A stretch of 64,000 nt of DNA from Pseudogymnoascus verrucosus (lineage: Eukaryota). The notes under the pieces are model-generated. The model worked only from the letters and a program-made list of their open reading frames with translations. It was not told the origin of the DNA and made no database searches. The DNA is taken from NCBI GenBank assembly GCA_001662655.1, contig KV460213.1. One strand, given 5' to 3'. Positions 44,053 through 56,670 of this stretch are shown here, one piece after another (the stretch's first letter is position 1; every line of letters begins with the position of its first letter). The position numbers and the translations under genes are program-made.

Positions 44053-46413
44053 TTACATCGTCCCCTTCAACGCCAGGTTCCTCGAGCTCGCGCCAACCGA
44101 AACAGTGAAGTCGCCAGTGGGTGTAACCCACTTCTGCGCATCCGTGTCCCAGTAGCTCAGATCCTTCCTCCTAAGGCTGAATGTAACCGTTCCGCTCTCC
44201 CCAGCTGCCAAGTTGATCTTAGAAAACCCACGGAGCTGGCGCACAGGCGTCGAAGGAGCGCTCGACGGAAGACCAATGTATAGCTGAGCCACCTCGGCAC
44301 CCTCAACAGTGCCCGAGTTCGTGATCTTCGCCGTTACTGTCGCGACGGTATCATAGAGGCCTTCCGCGCCACCAGGAGCGGTGGTAGTTGAGCCTCCAGT
44401 CTTATCGCTGTACGTAGTGGTAAGATCGGAGTATTCGAAGGTCGTGTATGCTACGCAAGGTTAGTTAGAGATTTAAAAACGCGGGCTATTAATGACTTAC
44501 AGAGACCAAAGCCGAACTCATATCTTGGCTCGATGCCAGCTTTGTCAAAGTGGCGATAATCGATGTACAATCCCTCGCTGAAATCATCGTCGCCGCTCTT
44601 GACAGAGGTACCATAGTCGCTAGCTTGCTTTGCGATGGTATAAGGCAGCTTGCCGTTCGGCGACTTAGAGCCGTACAGGATATCGACCAGCCCATTTCCG
44701 GACTCTTGCCCAGGGAGCCCAGCCCATACGACAGCCACGACGTTTGGCAGAGCCAAGATTCTCTCGAGGATCAATGGCCCAACGCTGTGGATAACGACGA
44801 TAGTGTTCTTGTTGACGTTTGCGACAGCCTCGACGAGTCCGTTGCCGTTATGCCACGGGTCGAGATTCGCGCGGTCCCCGGCTTGGCCTTCAACTGTAAT
44901 ATATCCCTCTCCGGAGTCCGCGTTGATGAAGACTATTGCCGTGTTAGCCTTACCGGCAGCGGCAGCACCCTCTGAAGTGCCATCAGTCGTCGAAGTGACG
45001 ATGGTCGTCCCGTCAGCTGTTGCTTGCTTCTGGATCGCATCGAGAGGCGAGATTAAATATGGGAACTCTGCTGCTCCGCTTCCCCATCCCATTGCCAGAG
45101 TTCCGACATCGCATCCACGATCCACGCAGGCGTTTGGACCGTTGGGGTTGTTGATGGCGTCGTTGCCGATAATTGCGAGCGAAGCGGGCTTCTTGAGTGG
45201 GAGAGCGTTGTTTTCATTTTTCAAGAGAACAATACCATCGCGTGCAATGTCTCGCGCAACGATCTTGTGGTCACCCTGGACGTCAGGTCCACCAACACCG
45301 CCGTTCCATGAACTCCATCCGACCTTTGGATAGCCAGCGTCTTGGCCGAGATAATACCAGGAGGCCAGGATTCGCTTTACCATGTCGTCTACCCTTGATT
45401 GATCAACCTGTCCGCCCGAGACGGCATTTGTCAGGGCAGTACCCCATAGGTACTTGTTGTCGCCAAAGTTGTCTCCCGGCATTGACATGTCCATACCAGC
45501 TTTGGCACTGCCGACGGTTGTGTGTTGTGCATTCCAATCACTTACGACATATCCGCGGAAATCCAACTCTCCTTTAAGAAGGCCGTTGAGTGCCAGGTCA
45601 GACTCGCAAGCGTGCGTGCCGTTAAGCCTGTTGTAAGAGCACATTACAGAAGCAACATTGGCCTTCACTGAATCTGCAAATGGCCTATGACTGTCAGCAC
45701 TGCAACATGGGTATGGGATCGTGCCTACATACCATAAGTAGAGCTCATGGTTAACGCGGTCCGCAATAGTCGAACTCATTGTTTCGCGGTTCAACTCCTG
45801 CTCATTACCAATGTAATGCTTCGCACATGCCTGCACACCAGCATTTTGCATCCCGGTGATTGTTTCCGCCATGGCAACACCGGTGAGATACGGGTCTGGA
45901 CTGAAGCCCTCCCAGTTACGGCCGCCGTGTGGGATTTTCCCGAGCGGGCCCCCAACAGGACCAAGCTGTACATGGATACCCATCGCCTTGGCCTCGGTGC
46001 CTATTTCAATACGAGTCAGCCTTCGTAACTTCCAAAGCCATTACCATGCACCTACCAAGGGCATTTCCACGAGCGTTGATCAAGTCTATATCCCAAGTGG
46101 AAGCGGCATGTACGCCAGCAGGGAAAGCGGTGATTCCCTTTGCGAATCTAATCCCCAATGGACCGTCCTGCAAGCAGAGCTGGGGGTAGCCAATGGAGGA
46201 GATTTCTGCTGTAGTTCCGACACAAGGGCCTTTCTCCCATCCCTCGCCTGTAACCATCTTCACCTTATCCTGAAGGGACAGTTTGGCCAACGCTGTAGCA
46301 GCCTTTGTATGGGCTGCATCCCAGCCGCCATTGTCAGCCCGGGCGGTCGGCACTGCACTGCTCAATGGAAGAAGCGCTGCAAGTGCCAGAGTGGCACTTC
46401 TGAGGAAGGTCAT
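44053..46413 (-). CDS. Secreted GH3 beta-glucosidase (Cel3A/BglL type); introns 46055-46001, 45732-45685, 44500-44451
   Basis: Signal peptide, LCLQDGPLGIR, GGRNWEGFSPDPYL, KHY, nucleophile motif VVSDW, ADSGEGY and a C-terminal Fn3-like domain (RQLRGFSK, DLSYWD, VGASSR). Confidence 0.96.
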
Positions 46414-47331
46414 GGCAACAACGGAGGACTGAGTATTGTCACAAAAAACGAGACAATAGAAGGACAAACGAAATGTTCCACCTACGCGGGGTATGCTTCA
46501 TTTATGGAAATCCATCTATGAGATGATGAGCGCGCAACTACTCTACCTACCTTGGCAGATGCCAGACTTAAAGAGCAGATATCCAAAGTACCGCCGGGCA
46601 GAGGCATAGCGCCTTTAGATGCTTTCAAGCTTGAAAGGCGATTGCCCAATTAGGGACATGGCCGCCCTGGGCCGGCACTTGGAGTTGATCACAGGGAACA
46701 TTCTCCCCGCACATGTGGCGGGGAGTAGCGGACATGGCTGGGATAAAGTATGAACCGCATCCGGGAGTGGAGGTCGGAAGCGGCGATCGTTAGGATTGTC
46801 GGCATCATGGCATATAAACAAGGCCGAAGTAGATGCGGAGATGCGGACAAGAGCCTGGGCAATATACTGCGATATAATATTGTGGAGAAGAAAAAGAGAG
46901 TGATGAAATGCCAGACCACGATCGTTGTTCCAGATATATGATGCGGCCCGTGCTGCCGTATCTTCGGTGTTAATTGATCGTCGAATTTGGCTCTGACGTT
47001 GAAAATATTCACGTGATAATCGTGTCTTAGGTTTGAAGTCATGGGAAGCCATAGTTAAGAGTAGATCTTGTGGCGCGTGTCAAAAAGAGTAAGAGTCTGA
47101 GATCAAGCCCACACAGTCTGATGTAGATCCAGTTTAAGACGATTAGAGTGGATTCGTTGCGGCCGTTATTTATGACCTTCTGATGTACAATAATATCTGT
47201 CTCTTCCTGCCTTCAGCTGAGGCCTCTGCCAAACTTAGCCTTCAATCATATCCTACAGTCGTCTATTTTAGGTCTGATATACTTCTCATACACATATCAT
47301 ACACCCTTGATTGTAACCTCCAGCCTGCTGT

Positions 47332-48294
47332 TTAGGCTCGATCGATCTTCCCGCGATAGTCACCGATATGATCCAGAATAATCCTCGCCGCATCCGTAGG
47401 GCTATGTTGGCGTCCAATAGCCTCCACAAAATCGCCCTCTGGGTCCATCAAGTAGAAGTAAATACTGTGGTCCACCAGGTAATCCTGTCCCGGCTTCACG
47501 CCCTGCGGCGTGCTGAAGTATACCCGATACTTCTTGCACACGTCCTTGACCTGGTCCCAGGTTCCCGTCAGTCCCACCAGCGCTGGATGGAACTCCGCCA
47601 GATACTCCTTCACCACCGCCGGCGTGTCGCGTGCTGGATCGCAGGTAATGAAGACCGGCACCATGGTGCCTGGCTGCTTCGCCTCCACGAGATCGATCAT
47701 CGATGCCATCTTGTCGAGCTCCTCCGGGCAGATATCAGGGCAGTGCGTAAACCCAAAGTACACAAGGCTGTATTTCCCCTTCAGATTCTCCTCCGTGTAG
47801 GGCTTTCCGTCGTGGTCGACAAGTGTGAATGGTCCCCCCACCTTTGGGCGCCCGACGCCTTTAGCTGCTTCGGCAATCCGTGCGCGCTCCATGCGTGCTT
47901 TCTCGTAGCGAAAGTAGAAGATCAGACTGGCGCCTGAACCGAGGAAGATGACACCTGCTTTCCAGGAGAACGGCTACAGGAACTGTTAGCGACTGTAAAG
48001 GGTTGGGATGGCGGGCCTCGGAAGGGAGGGGATCGAATTGCATGCGCAACGGAAGGGCGAATGAAATATAGCACATACCCCCGACTTATATCTACTCTTT
48101 GCCTCCTCCACAGATCTAGCTGGGCGCATAGCTGTCTTGCTAAATGCCCTCCGTGCACCATGGATGCCGCCCAAATTCGATACGGCAGTGCGGGTTCGGA
48201 GCGTAGCTAGGCATTGTGTCCGTGGGATCTGTGATATCATCGTGGGAGAGAGCGCAGAAAGCAGCGAGCTGCTCGGTATTAAAGACCTCGACAT
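47332..48294 (-). CDS. SCO1: Cytochrome c oxidase copper chaperone Sco1; intron 48078-47974
   Basis: VGGPFTL, YFGFTHCPDICPEELDKM (CxxxC) and DYLVDHSIYFYLM, with a presequence and TM segment after splicing. Confidence 0.96.
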
Positions 48295-49117
48295 TGTGGA
48301 AGGGTTGTGGTTAGAAATGTGGCCGAGGAATTTCCCTTGATGGTCTGTACTGGATTGACAATCCTCAGATGCGACTCCAAGCTATCGCCTTGTTATGGTC
48401 TAGCGTCTTTTTAGCGCACGACCCACTCTATTCGCACAAAACGTCACGTGAAATTTGAGAACTGAGCATCATCCCATCAACACAACTACTCGAGCTTCAT
48501 TATCACAATTAATATGCATATGCACCGATCTGGATTTATCACAATGATTTCTTGAGTCTATTGGGAGAGCAGATATAATTACAGGTATTACGCCCCCAAG
48601 TCTGCAAAAGAAAACGCCAATCTCGCTCACTCCACGCTCTCAGATATAATTCGCCCAAAGCAGTTTCCTGGTCGAATACCACCTGCTTGCTCCACGAAAA
48701 TGCTCGAACGATTAAAGAAAAGAAAAAATATGATCCATTTGTGTCTGCATCCTCCTCCGAGATGGTATCTTGTGACCAAAGTGTAGGTAAGGGAGTTGGC
48801 CGACAGAAATGCCACCTCCTAATCCCACAAAAGCGCCAGTAATTATTTCTGACGTTGCAAGGGCCGGAGCTATTAGCAGCACGATAAACGCCGAAGGTAT
48901 GCCAGAGGAAGCATAAGTCGTTACATTGTCAAACAAGTCGCTGTGTCGCATGCCTCACCCAGAAAATGTGTGGTGACGCCGAAGATCCAGCTGGGTCGGA
49001 CAAAGACCCGGTAAAGTGGCGCAAGTTCAGATCGATTCCAAATTGAAACCAAATTCTCGAAGAGCTGTCCAGATACCGCGGCCAATTGCTCCCATACTTG
49101 CGCCGAATACTCGCCGA

Positions 49118-51565
49118 TTAATCCCTGCTGCGACTGACCTGGCTCGCGCTCGTCCTGCTTCGCTCGTCCTCCTCCAAAACGTCGCTTAGACGGGTAGGGT
49201 GCTGGTGTCTATCCCACCCGCTTCCGCTGCCATACGCCTGGCCAGAATAATCGACGGGCTCCAAGGCTGCAGCTGCGCTGGTGCGGGGAGGGTAATCTCC
49301 GCTGGTTGTTGGGATCACACCGTACTGCTGCAAATGGGCGTGCTCTCTAGCTCTGGCCTCAACCATACGCTCGTCGTCAGATTCGGCCTCCGAAAGCGGT
49401 CGCTGGTAGGGGATCTTGTTTCCGCGCGCATCGCGTCTGAACTGGCCTTGGGGGTCGATTTCATACTCTTCCTCGCTGAGAGTTCCCAAGTCTGAACCAA
49501 CATCACCTGGGTGGAGAGTTGCGCCTTGCTGTTGCTGGTAGAAGCCCCCTGATGTTTGCTGTGTGGCTGGAGCATGTGCATCTGGCGGGGTTGAGGTCGA
49601 GCTAGGGGGGTGTTGGCGGGATGTTGTTCCGGAAGCGGAACTTGAGGTTTGTTGACGGGATGATGCAGCTCCGCCACTTGTGGCGGGCGCGGCGGACCTT
49701 GACTCAACAAATGGGTCGGTCTGGCGGGCGCGTCCGCCCTGGTTGTAGAGATCCTCAGGGTCTTGCTGGCCTCCCATGCTTGCTGCGGTTGGTCCGCCAG
49801 GGTATGGACCTTCACGAGTCGCCGGTCTATCTCTCTGAGCATTGCTGGTGTGCCTGCTAGGGGCTCCCTGCATCATGGGGACGACTTGCACACCACCCAC
49901 AAGTGTGGGCTGGCCATCGCGTAAAGAGGCGGTTCTCTCACGCTCCTCTTGCTCACGACGTCCAAGTTCTTCCCAAGCACGTCGAGCCTCTTCCTTTGAG
50001 ATTTGCAATTCTCTCTTTAATTCGTTGATTAGTTTTTCCGAGTTGTTTTTCTCAGATTCTTTTTGCACCGCAGCTTGGATTGCAGCTGCCCTTCCCTGTC
50101 TCTCAGATTGGAGGAGGGTATCGAGCATTCCCTGCCTCTCAGCCATCTTCTCCTGTTCGGCTCTGGTATCGAAGAACCATCTCTGAAATTTGCGTTCCGA
50201 GGAAGCTCGAAGACGTTGAAGCTCCACAACAGCGTGGAAAAGGTTGGCGCCTGCTGCAGATAGGTCGGTGACTTGACGCGAAAGCTGAGATGAGATCGGA
50301 TCACGCTGGATCTCACTGGTATTTTCTTCGAGGCGGCGAATCCAGTAAGATGTCAGTCCCTCCCAGTGTGCAGATAGGGTCTCCCAACGCTCGAACGCGT
50401 GAGGAAATGTTGATCCAGTATTTCTTTTCCCCTGAGCAACAGCGTCCAGGGGATCCACAGCTGGCTCAGCCAGAGGTGCCCTTTGCTCAGGCTGTGTAGC
50501 GGGATCTGGGCCAGCTTGAGGGGCGGCTCCACCCTGAGCTGCTGCGCGCGCTGCCCTCCTAGCTGCAGCCGGATCACCGCCGCCCAATGCGGTACCACCA
50601 GTTCCGCGACCTTGCAACGATGCATCGCCTGCCCTGTTACCTTGGTCGCCACTTACAACTCTACCTCCAGACGTACGATTTGATCTCTGGGAGTTGTCTG
50701 ATATTCTTTGACCTCCTCCACCTCCACTCCCCCTTGCTCCTCCACCACCACCAGCAGCAGTTGCTTTCCTCTCGTCGCTTATTCTCCTTTCCTCAAGGAC
50801 CCTTTGCTCTTCTTCTTGTCGTTGCCTCTGGAGCTCCGCCTCTGCAGCGGCTCGCTTCTTCTCTTCTCTGGCCTGACGCTCTATCATGATCTGTTTTGGA
50901 CCTCTCAAACCCCCAGGCGAGCCGGTTGGCTGTGGCACGCTTGGTCTCATTGATCCATTATTGGTGCGTCCGTTGCCAGCGTAGGCTGGTGCGGCCCCCA
51001 CCGGTAGATCTGACATCGAAGCGTTCTCCTCCTCCCAAACAGGCGTGAAGTCTGTTGGATGTCGCAGAGCTTCCTCTAACGTGTAGAGGATAGCTTCAGC
51101 GGTATGCTTGTTGACTCGTACTGCTCTGTGTGGTCGTAGCTTCTCGTCGGGACCTTGGAAGTTCTTAGATCGGAGTGCGTATGGCTCTTGCGATTCAGGT
51201 AGTCCCGCAGCCTCTTGAGGTGCAACTTGGTATGGTTGAGACTCAGCAAACCTCACATGCGGTGGGCTCGGTTCTGAGGTTAAGCTGGGGCTCGGGCTCG
51301 GAGTGATGCCAACTGATACAGCTTCAATGTGTGTCCGTCGCTGTAGTTGGGAGAGAGATTCAAGGTTGGGAGTGCGTCGTAGAGTCCTGGCGCTGACAGA
51401 GGAGATTGATGGACTATATCTGGCTTGAGAGAATGATGAGAGCTGGCGTGACTTATCAATGGACGTTGATGTTTCGTTGGGCGCGTAAAGGTCGTTAGAT
51501 CGGGGGAAAGTTGGTTTCGACAATGCTGTTGGTGGTGGTGGTGGAGTGGAAAGCTTGGAAGGCAA
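49118..51565 (-). CDS. Uncharacterised fungal coiled-coil/disordered protein; start uncertain (TTG at 51565, first ATG at 51016)
   Basis: 815-codon open frame with ordered core FPHAFERWETLSAHWEGLTSYWIRRLE...LRASSERKFQRWF...ELQISKEEARRAWEELGRREQEER and C-terminal HPTRLSDVLEEDERS. Confidence 0.8.
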   Translation of the reverse strand: MPSKLSTPPPPPTALSKPTFPRSNDLYAPNETSTSIDKSRQLSSFSQARYSPSISSVSARTLRRTPNLESLSQLQRRTHIEAVSVGITPSPSPSLTSEPSPPHVRFAESQPYQVAPQEAAGLPESQEPYALRSKNFQGPDEKLRPHRAVRVNKHTAEAILYTLEEALRHPTDFTPVWEEENASMSDLPVGAAPAYAGNGRTNNGSMRPSVPQPTGSPGGLRGPKQIMIERQAREEKKRAAAEAELQRQRQEEEQRVLEERRISDERKATAAGGGGGARGSGGGGGQRISDNSQRSNRTSGGRVVSGDQGNRAGDASLQGRGTGGTALGGGDPAAARRAARAAAQGGAAPQAGPDPATQPEQRAPLAEPAVDPLDAVAQGKRNTGSTFPHAFERWETLSAHWEGLTSYWIRRLEENTSEIQRDPISSQLSRQVTDLSAAGANLFHAVVELQRLRASSERKFQRWFFDTRAEQEKMAERQGMLDTLLQSERQGRAAAIQAAVQKESEKNNSEKLINELKRELQISKEEARRAWEELGRREQEERERTASLRDGQPTLVGGVQVVPMMQGAPSRHTSNAQRDRPATREGPYPGGPTAASMGGQQDPEDLYNQGGRARQTDPFVESRSAAPATSGGAASSRQQTSSSASGTTSRQHPPSSTSTPPDAHAPATQQTSGGFYQQQQGATLHPGDVGSDLGTLSEEEYEIDPQGQFRRDARGNKIPYQRPLSEAESDDERMVEARAREHAHLQQYGVIPTTSGDYPPRTSAAAALEPVDYSGQAYGSGSGWDRHQHPTRLSDVLEEDERSRTSASQVSRSRD

Positions 51566-54500
51566 GATGGCTGCGGCCTATGCCTTGTTTACTTTCTTGA
51601 AGTAAACCTTTCCTCGCGCCAGCTTTCCTTCAATTAGGGAAGCTTGAGGGTTGCTGGTGTTGTAGCTGTGAATGTGGAAGGTTGAGAATCGATCCACGCC
51701 TGTCAAGTAAACCTTGTGGGTAAACCTGAGGAATGGTATCGAAGAAAGTTATTGAGTTAAACTTTGTGAGAGAGTGTACCCAGAGATGTGGTCGTCCGGG
51801 GTGGAAGGTGACTTGGTCGTGGTCTCGATATGGGGAGGTTGGGGTCGTGTAAAAAGCAGGAGGCGCAGGCGAGAAAACGACGACGCGACAACCAACTGAC
51901 AACGCAGCAGTATCGAATTATTAAAGGTGAAAAAGAACTTTTGATTCGCAAATCCAAGACTCCAAATGGCCAATAAACCGCCAACCGCAAAGAAACAGGT
52001 GAATGAATGAAGTCGGTAACTAAGAGCGCGACGCAGTTGAAGTGCTTCCAGGCAAAGAGTTATGCGCGCCCTGATCGCCCAACTCGCACAACTAAGCTAA
52101 TAGGGTCGCATGCGCATGCACAAACTGTCGCATAGCACTTAAGACCAGGCGAAGTTATATAAAAGGGCCAGGAGAATGCGATGGACCTGGTGTGAAGTTC
52201 ATGCCCGTTCGTTGTGAGGTTCAATTGCGATTTGCGATGGGCCGAGCCGCCCGCTGTAAGTGTTGGAGTTAGTCAACTCGGGTATCCGTTCATGCGCGTT
52301 GGATATGAGTTTTCAGCGGAAGGGCTTCAAATTGGCATCGGGTCGGGACAGCGCGTCTCCGTATAAAGCCTGATCACTCTCTCTCACCAGCGCTTATCAC
52401 GAACTGTCGTGTTCGCTATAATCCCACTTCAAGACTGCAGGCACTGTCTGCCAGCATGGTTGTCTCAAGTCACCGCGCGACGCGTTCGTTTGTAAAACAC
52501 GAAAGGGCAGGAGGGGAGACGGAGATTTGGATGTGAGACTATGGAGATTAAAATGACTGTCGCACTTGGTGGATACACAGGGCAGAACCAACGCGCGCTT
52601 GCTGCAAGTCTCGTGGGATCTCGCCCATTTTTTACAATTTATGTCACTGTTTCACGGTGAGAAATGCAGATTGGATTGAGATCGCCTGCCTCGTTTATCC
52701 CTGGCTGAGCGGTTTAGGTACATTTTGATGCGTTGTTCTTTCTGGTGCTAGGATGGTTGGGCGAATAATACGCACCAAGCAAGGAAGCCGCACGTCATTT
52801 TATCTATTAGCGGCTCTTTAGGGACCGGCCATCATAAGGAGTCAGGTTTTGAGTGAAATTCCGATGATGTTGGTTATTTCGTGAAAAAGGGTCCAATATT
52901 CAGTGTGAGTGGGGGTTTGATGCAAACAGATCAATACCTATGGATTTTCTGGATCAATGATTGAGACTTGTAAACAAATGTTGTACCCAGAGCAATTTTC
53001 CGTACCAGAGCGTTTACTGTCGAATCCACATAAGAGACCTGTCAGATGGCAAAACTAGTGATTTCGGGACGGGAGGTTATCCGATTTGTAAGTAAACACA
53101 GAAGGCTCAAAACCGATCACTGTACCTGGAGCAAGTCTCACATCGACATACTGTACGCACATAACCCAATTGTAGACTCTGTTGTTTACAAAACACACAT
53201 TACTTGATTATACTAAGCGCTCTCCCTCTCCCTCATCACTGCTCGTTTTCTCTGTCTTGGTCCCCTTTTCTCATCATCATTCAGATGCAAAAGGGATTCT
53301 CCCAGCCTCCCTATTAATGGCCAATCAGGCGCTTGAAATCTGCAGGATAATTTCCAACACATGCAGCACCATTGGTCCACGTGTCTCAATACGCAACACA
53401 AGAGCCCTATGATAATAGCAATTTGAGGGGCATTTGAATCAAAGGGATTTGTTTCTGTTCTCTGTCGAAGGCTAATAAGCACGATGTCTATATCACGTGC
53501 CGTAGACTGAAGCCCAAAACCACGTGATGTTGATATTCAGGTACGCCAGGGACCGTTCCTGAGACAACGCGCTAAACAAGTGTTTTACGTGGTTGGAAGG
53601 AGTGAAAAAAAGAGGAAAATGTACCCACTACAGAGTGTGGGAGCGCACAGAGCAGCGTATATACTTGGCTGCGACATAGCTGCGACAGTTTATGCGGCGA
53701 TTCCAGAAAAAAACTACCCCGGTTATCTACACCTCCAAAACTGGCCGCGAAGAGCGCGGTGACAGCCTACTGAACTAATTCTGCTCATTCAATATCTAAA
53801 TGTCATATCAAGGTATCACATCAACGTACATATCAGTTGGTCGATTTTCGTCTTAGCATTATTTAATAATCACATGATGCACCCTACGTGCCCAAACGTG
53901 GTGACTGATTCACAACGATCAATGATCTGCACTAGCGTGAGGGGAACCCGCGATGACTTTCGGGCCGTCCAAAACTCCGAGAAGGGGAAAGGTTAATAGC
54001 TCCCAGATAAGACCTACCATTAAAGCTAATAAAACTGCACTCTTTCGCTCAACTTCCTGGTAACGGCTCATCAAAAAAGTCTCATGATATGACAATTATG
54101 GGCTTCAGTGATCCTGATCCTCTGTTTATTGATAACTGCAGTGATCGCTCGTAGGAATGATGGGTCTATCACGTTGCGGGCAGTTCCTAGCCTCTTGGTA
54201 ATTCTCATGCACGACCCCTTTTTGACGCTTGGCGCACGAGGCCAGGAGTGCTATTGGCCTCTCATCCGCGCGACATTCAGACCCTCTGAATAACACCAAT
54301 CAGCTGTATCAGCCTAACGGAATCTGCCCGCTCAGGATTCCAGAATATGGAACAACCCTGCGGCTGAAAATGCTTGGAAAGGGCGCAGCGGCTGTGCCGC
54401 CAGATGTTGGTCCCCTTCAACGTGAGAACATTCTCTTTCCTCATCTTCGTGCTCTCGCTTTCATCTAGTTTGTGTTTGTCTCTTTGGCGCTCTGTTGATG

Positions 54501-54624
54501 CATTGTGTTTCGCGATAGAATAACAGAATCCAGAAAGATCCGTCATCCTCGGAGGCACATTGCGCCGTCCAACCTCTAACCTCCAGCCTCCGCTCTCCCC
54601 GGTCTCGACGACGAGACCGCGACG

Positions 54625-56197
54625 ATGCTTTCTTCAACCACTATCAACCTGCTTCTCCCACTCTTACTCGCGTCTTCCTCCCTCGCCGGCGTCGTGACCA
54701 TACCGATATGGAAGGAGCCAGCCTCAGCTGGAGACCACACCCGGCGAGACATCCATTCTCGCGCAACAGTATTACAACAGCTTGACAACAGCCGTCAACG
54801 TGGATCCTACTACGCCAACATCACAGTTGGGACGCCTCCACAACCAATCTCTGTTATCATAGACACTGGAAGCAGCGATCTATGGATTCTTGCCAAAACG
54901 GCCGACGTCTGCCTTAATCCTAGTCTCATCAAGCAATTACCTGGGGATGTAGGGTGTATTGGAGGAACCTGTGAGATTAATCAAGCTTCAGGCGGTGGAC
55001 TCGTACTGACTATCAACAGATGACCAACTCAAATCCTCCACATACGATAAGCTAATAAGCGGTGGCTTCCAAATCCAATATGTCGACCAAACAGAGAGCT
55101 CCGGCGATTACATATCAGAAACTGTTTCCTTCAATGGCCAAAACAAGAGCAACAATGCGATAAAAGAGCTACAAATCGGTCTTGCGAGTACCAGCACCCT
55201 CCCCGTTGGAGTTATGGGCATAGGCTACAACTCGTCAGTCGCCGCGGCTACAGTCTACCCAAACATCATCGATCAAATGGTCTACCAAGGATTGATTAAC
55301 ACACGCGCCTACTCACTCTGGCTCGACGACCTCTCAGCCGCCACCGGACAGATCCTCTTCGGCGGCATTGACACAGCCAAATATGACGGTTCCCTCTCCA
55401 TCCTACCCGTTCTAGGCGATGACAAGGGCGGCAGGCCCACCTCGTTCGCCGTGGGCCTCTATGGTATGTCCGTCGGCCACAAAGGCTCAATGTCCTCCAT
55501 AACCACCTCCACCTTCGCCATCCCCGTCATCCTCGACTCCGGCACCACGCACACCCTCCTCCCCGCCGCCGTCGTAAATCCCATCATCCGCGGCCTCGGC
55601 GCCTACGACTTCACCTCGCAAATCGGCGCCATCCTCGTCGACTGCGGTCTCCGCACCGCGAACCCCGATTTCATCTTCGGCTACAAATTCGGCAACTCCA
55701 CAACCGCGCCAACCATCTACGTCAACCTCAGCGAGCTGATCCTCGATTTCCCTGGCCTCGATCAGGCGCAGATCAAAGACTCGTTCAAGGAGTGGGATAG
55801 CGTATGCTACCTCGCCATCGCAGACAGCAGCACCGTCACGGACCACCCCATCTACCTCCTCGGCGACACCTTCCTGCGCTCCGCGTACGTGGTGTACGAC
55901 ATCGACAACGACGAGATCGGGATCGCGCAGTCGAACTTTAATAGCGCGACGAATAAGATTGTCGAGATCTTGGCGGGGGAGAAGATTACGTCTATTAAGG
56001 GACAGCCGGATAACCTGGCTAAGGAGGTGGCGACGGGGACACGGGAGGCGGGGTTTAATGGGTTGATTAAGTCGAAGGACGCGGACACGAGTGCTGCTGT
56101 TTCTGGGAAGCTGCCGGGTGGAGGAGGCGCGACGCTGGTGGTAATGGCGGTGTCGGTTTGTTTTGCGGGGTTGGGGGGGCTGTTGGTTGGTGTTTGA
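54625..56197 (+). CDS. Secreted, probably GPI-anchored aspartic protease (yapsin/OpsB-like); intron 54971-55019
   Basis: Signal peptide, YYANITVGTPPQ, catalytic DTGSSDLW and LDSGTT, LGDTFLRSAYVVYD and a hydrophobic C-terminus. Confidence 0.95.
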
Positions 56198-56517
56198 GAG
56201 GTTTGTGGTGGGGTGAGATGGAGGATTGGAGTGGCATAGACGGGAGTGGGGTTTTGCGACTGGCAGTAGTGGTTGAGACGGACACAGGATTACATATTGG
56301 ATATTCCCAGCTGCAGGGTGCAGCGAGCATCTGAGGGCATAGAGTGGGGGATTTACGACCTATGGCGGTGCTGAAGACACACATGCGCCGGATTGCATAT
56401 TTGATATTTACTGGCTGGAGTTTGGTGGGAGCATACTATATTTTTCAGGATATTCGAAGAGGCTCAATCGAAGCCTCTTCTGCGGATACGGGAGAGGAGG
56501 TAAATTCCTGGGGATAG

Positions 56518-56670
56518 AATAAAGATAGTAGATCTCTTGGAAGAGGAAATAGAGATAGATAGGTAGGAGACCTCTTATAAGTAGAAACAAAGATACGAGA
56601 CCTCTCTCTTACAAGAGGAAATAAAGATACAAGACCCTCTCCTAAACCGAATAAAGATAGGAGACACGCC
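56518..56670 (+). repeat. Degenerate ~30-bp minisatellite (about 5 units, AATAAAGATA..AGACC core)
   Basis: Units: aataaagatagtagatctc / aaatagagatagataggtaggagacctc / aaacaaagatacgagacctc / aaataaagatacaagaccctc / aataaagataggagacac. Confidence 0.6.

Noticed and set aside
45685..45732. Apparent insertion YVGTIPYPCCSADSHR in the GH3 enzyme
   Set aside because: It is an in-frame 48-nt GT..AG intron interrupting the conserved ELYLWPFAD motif.
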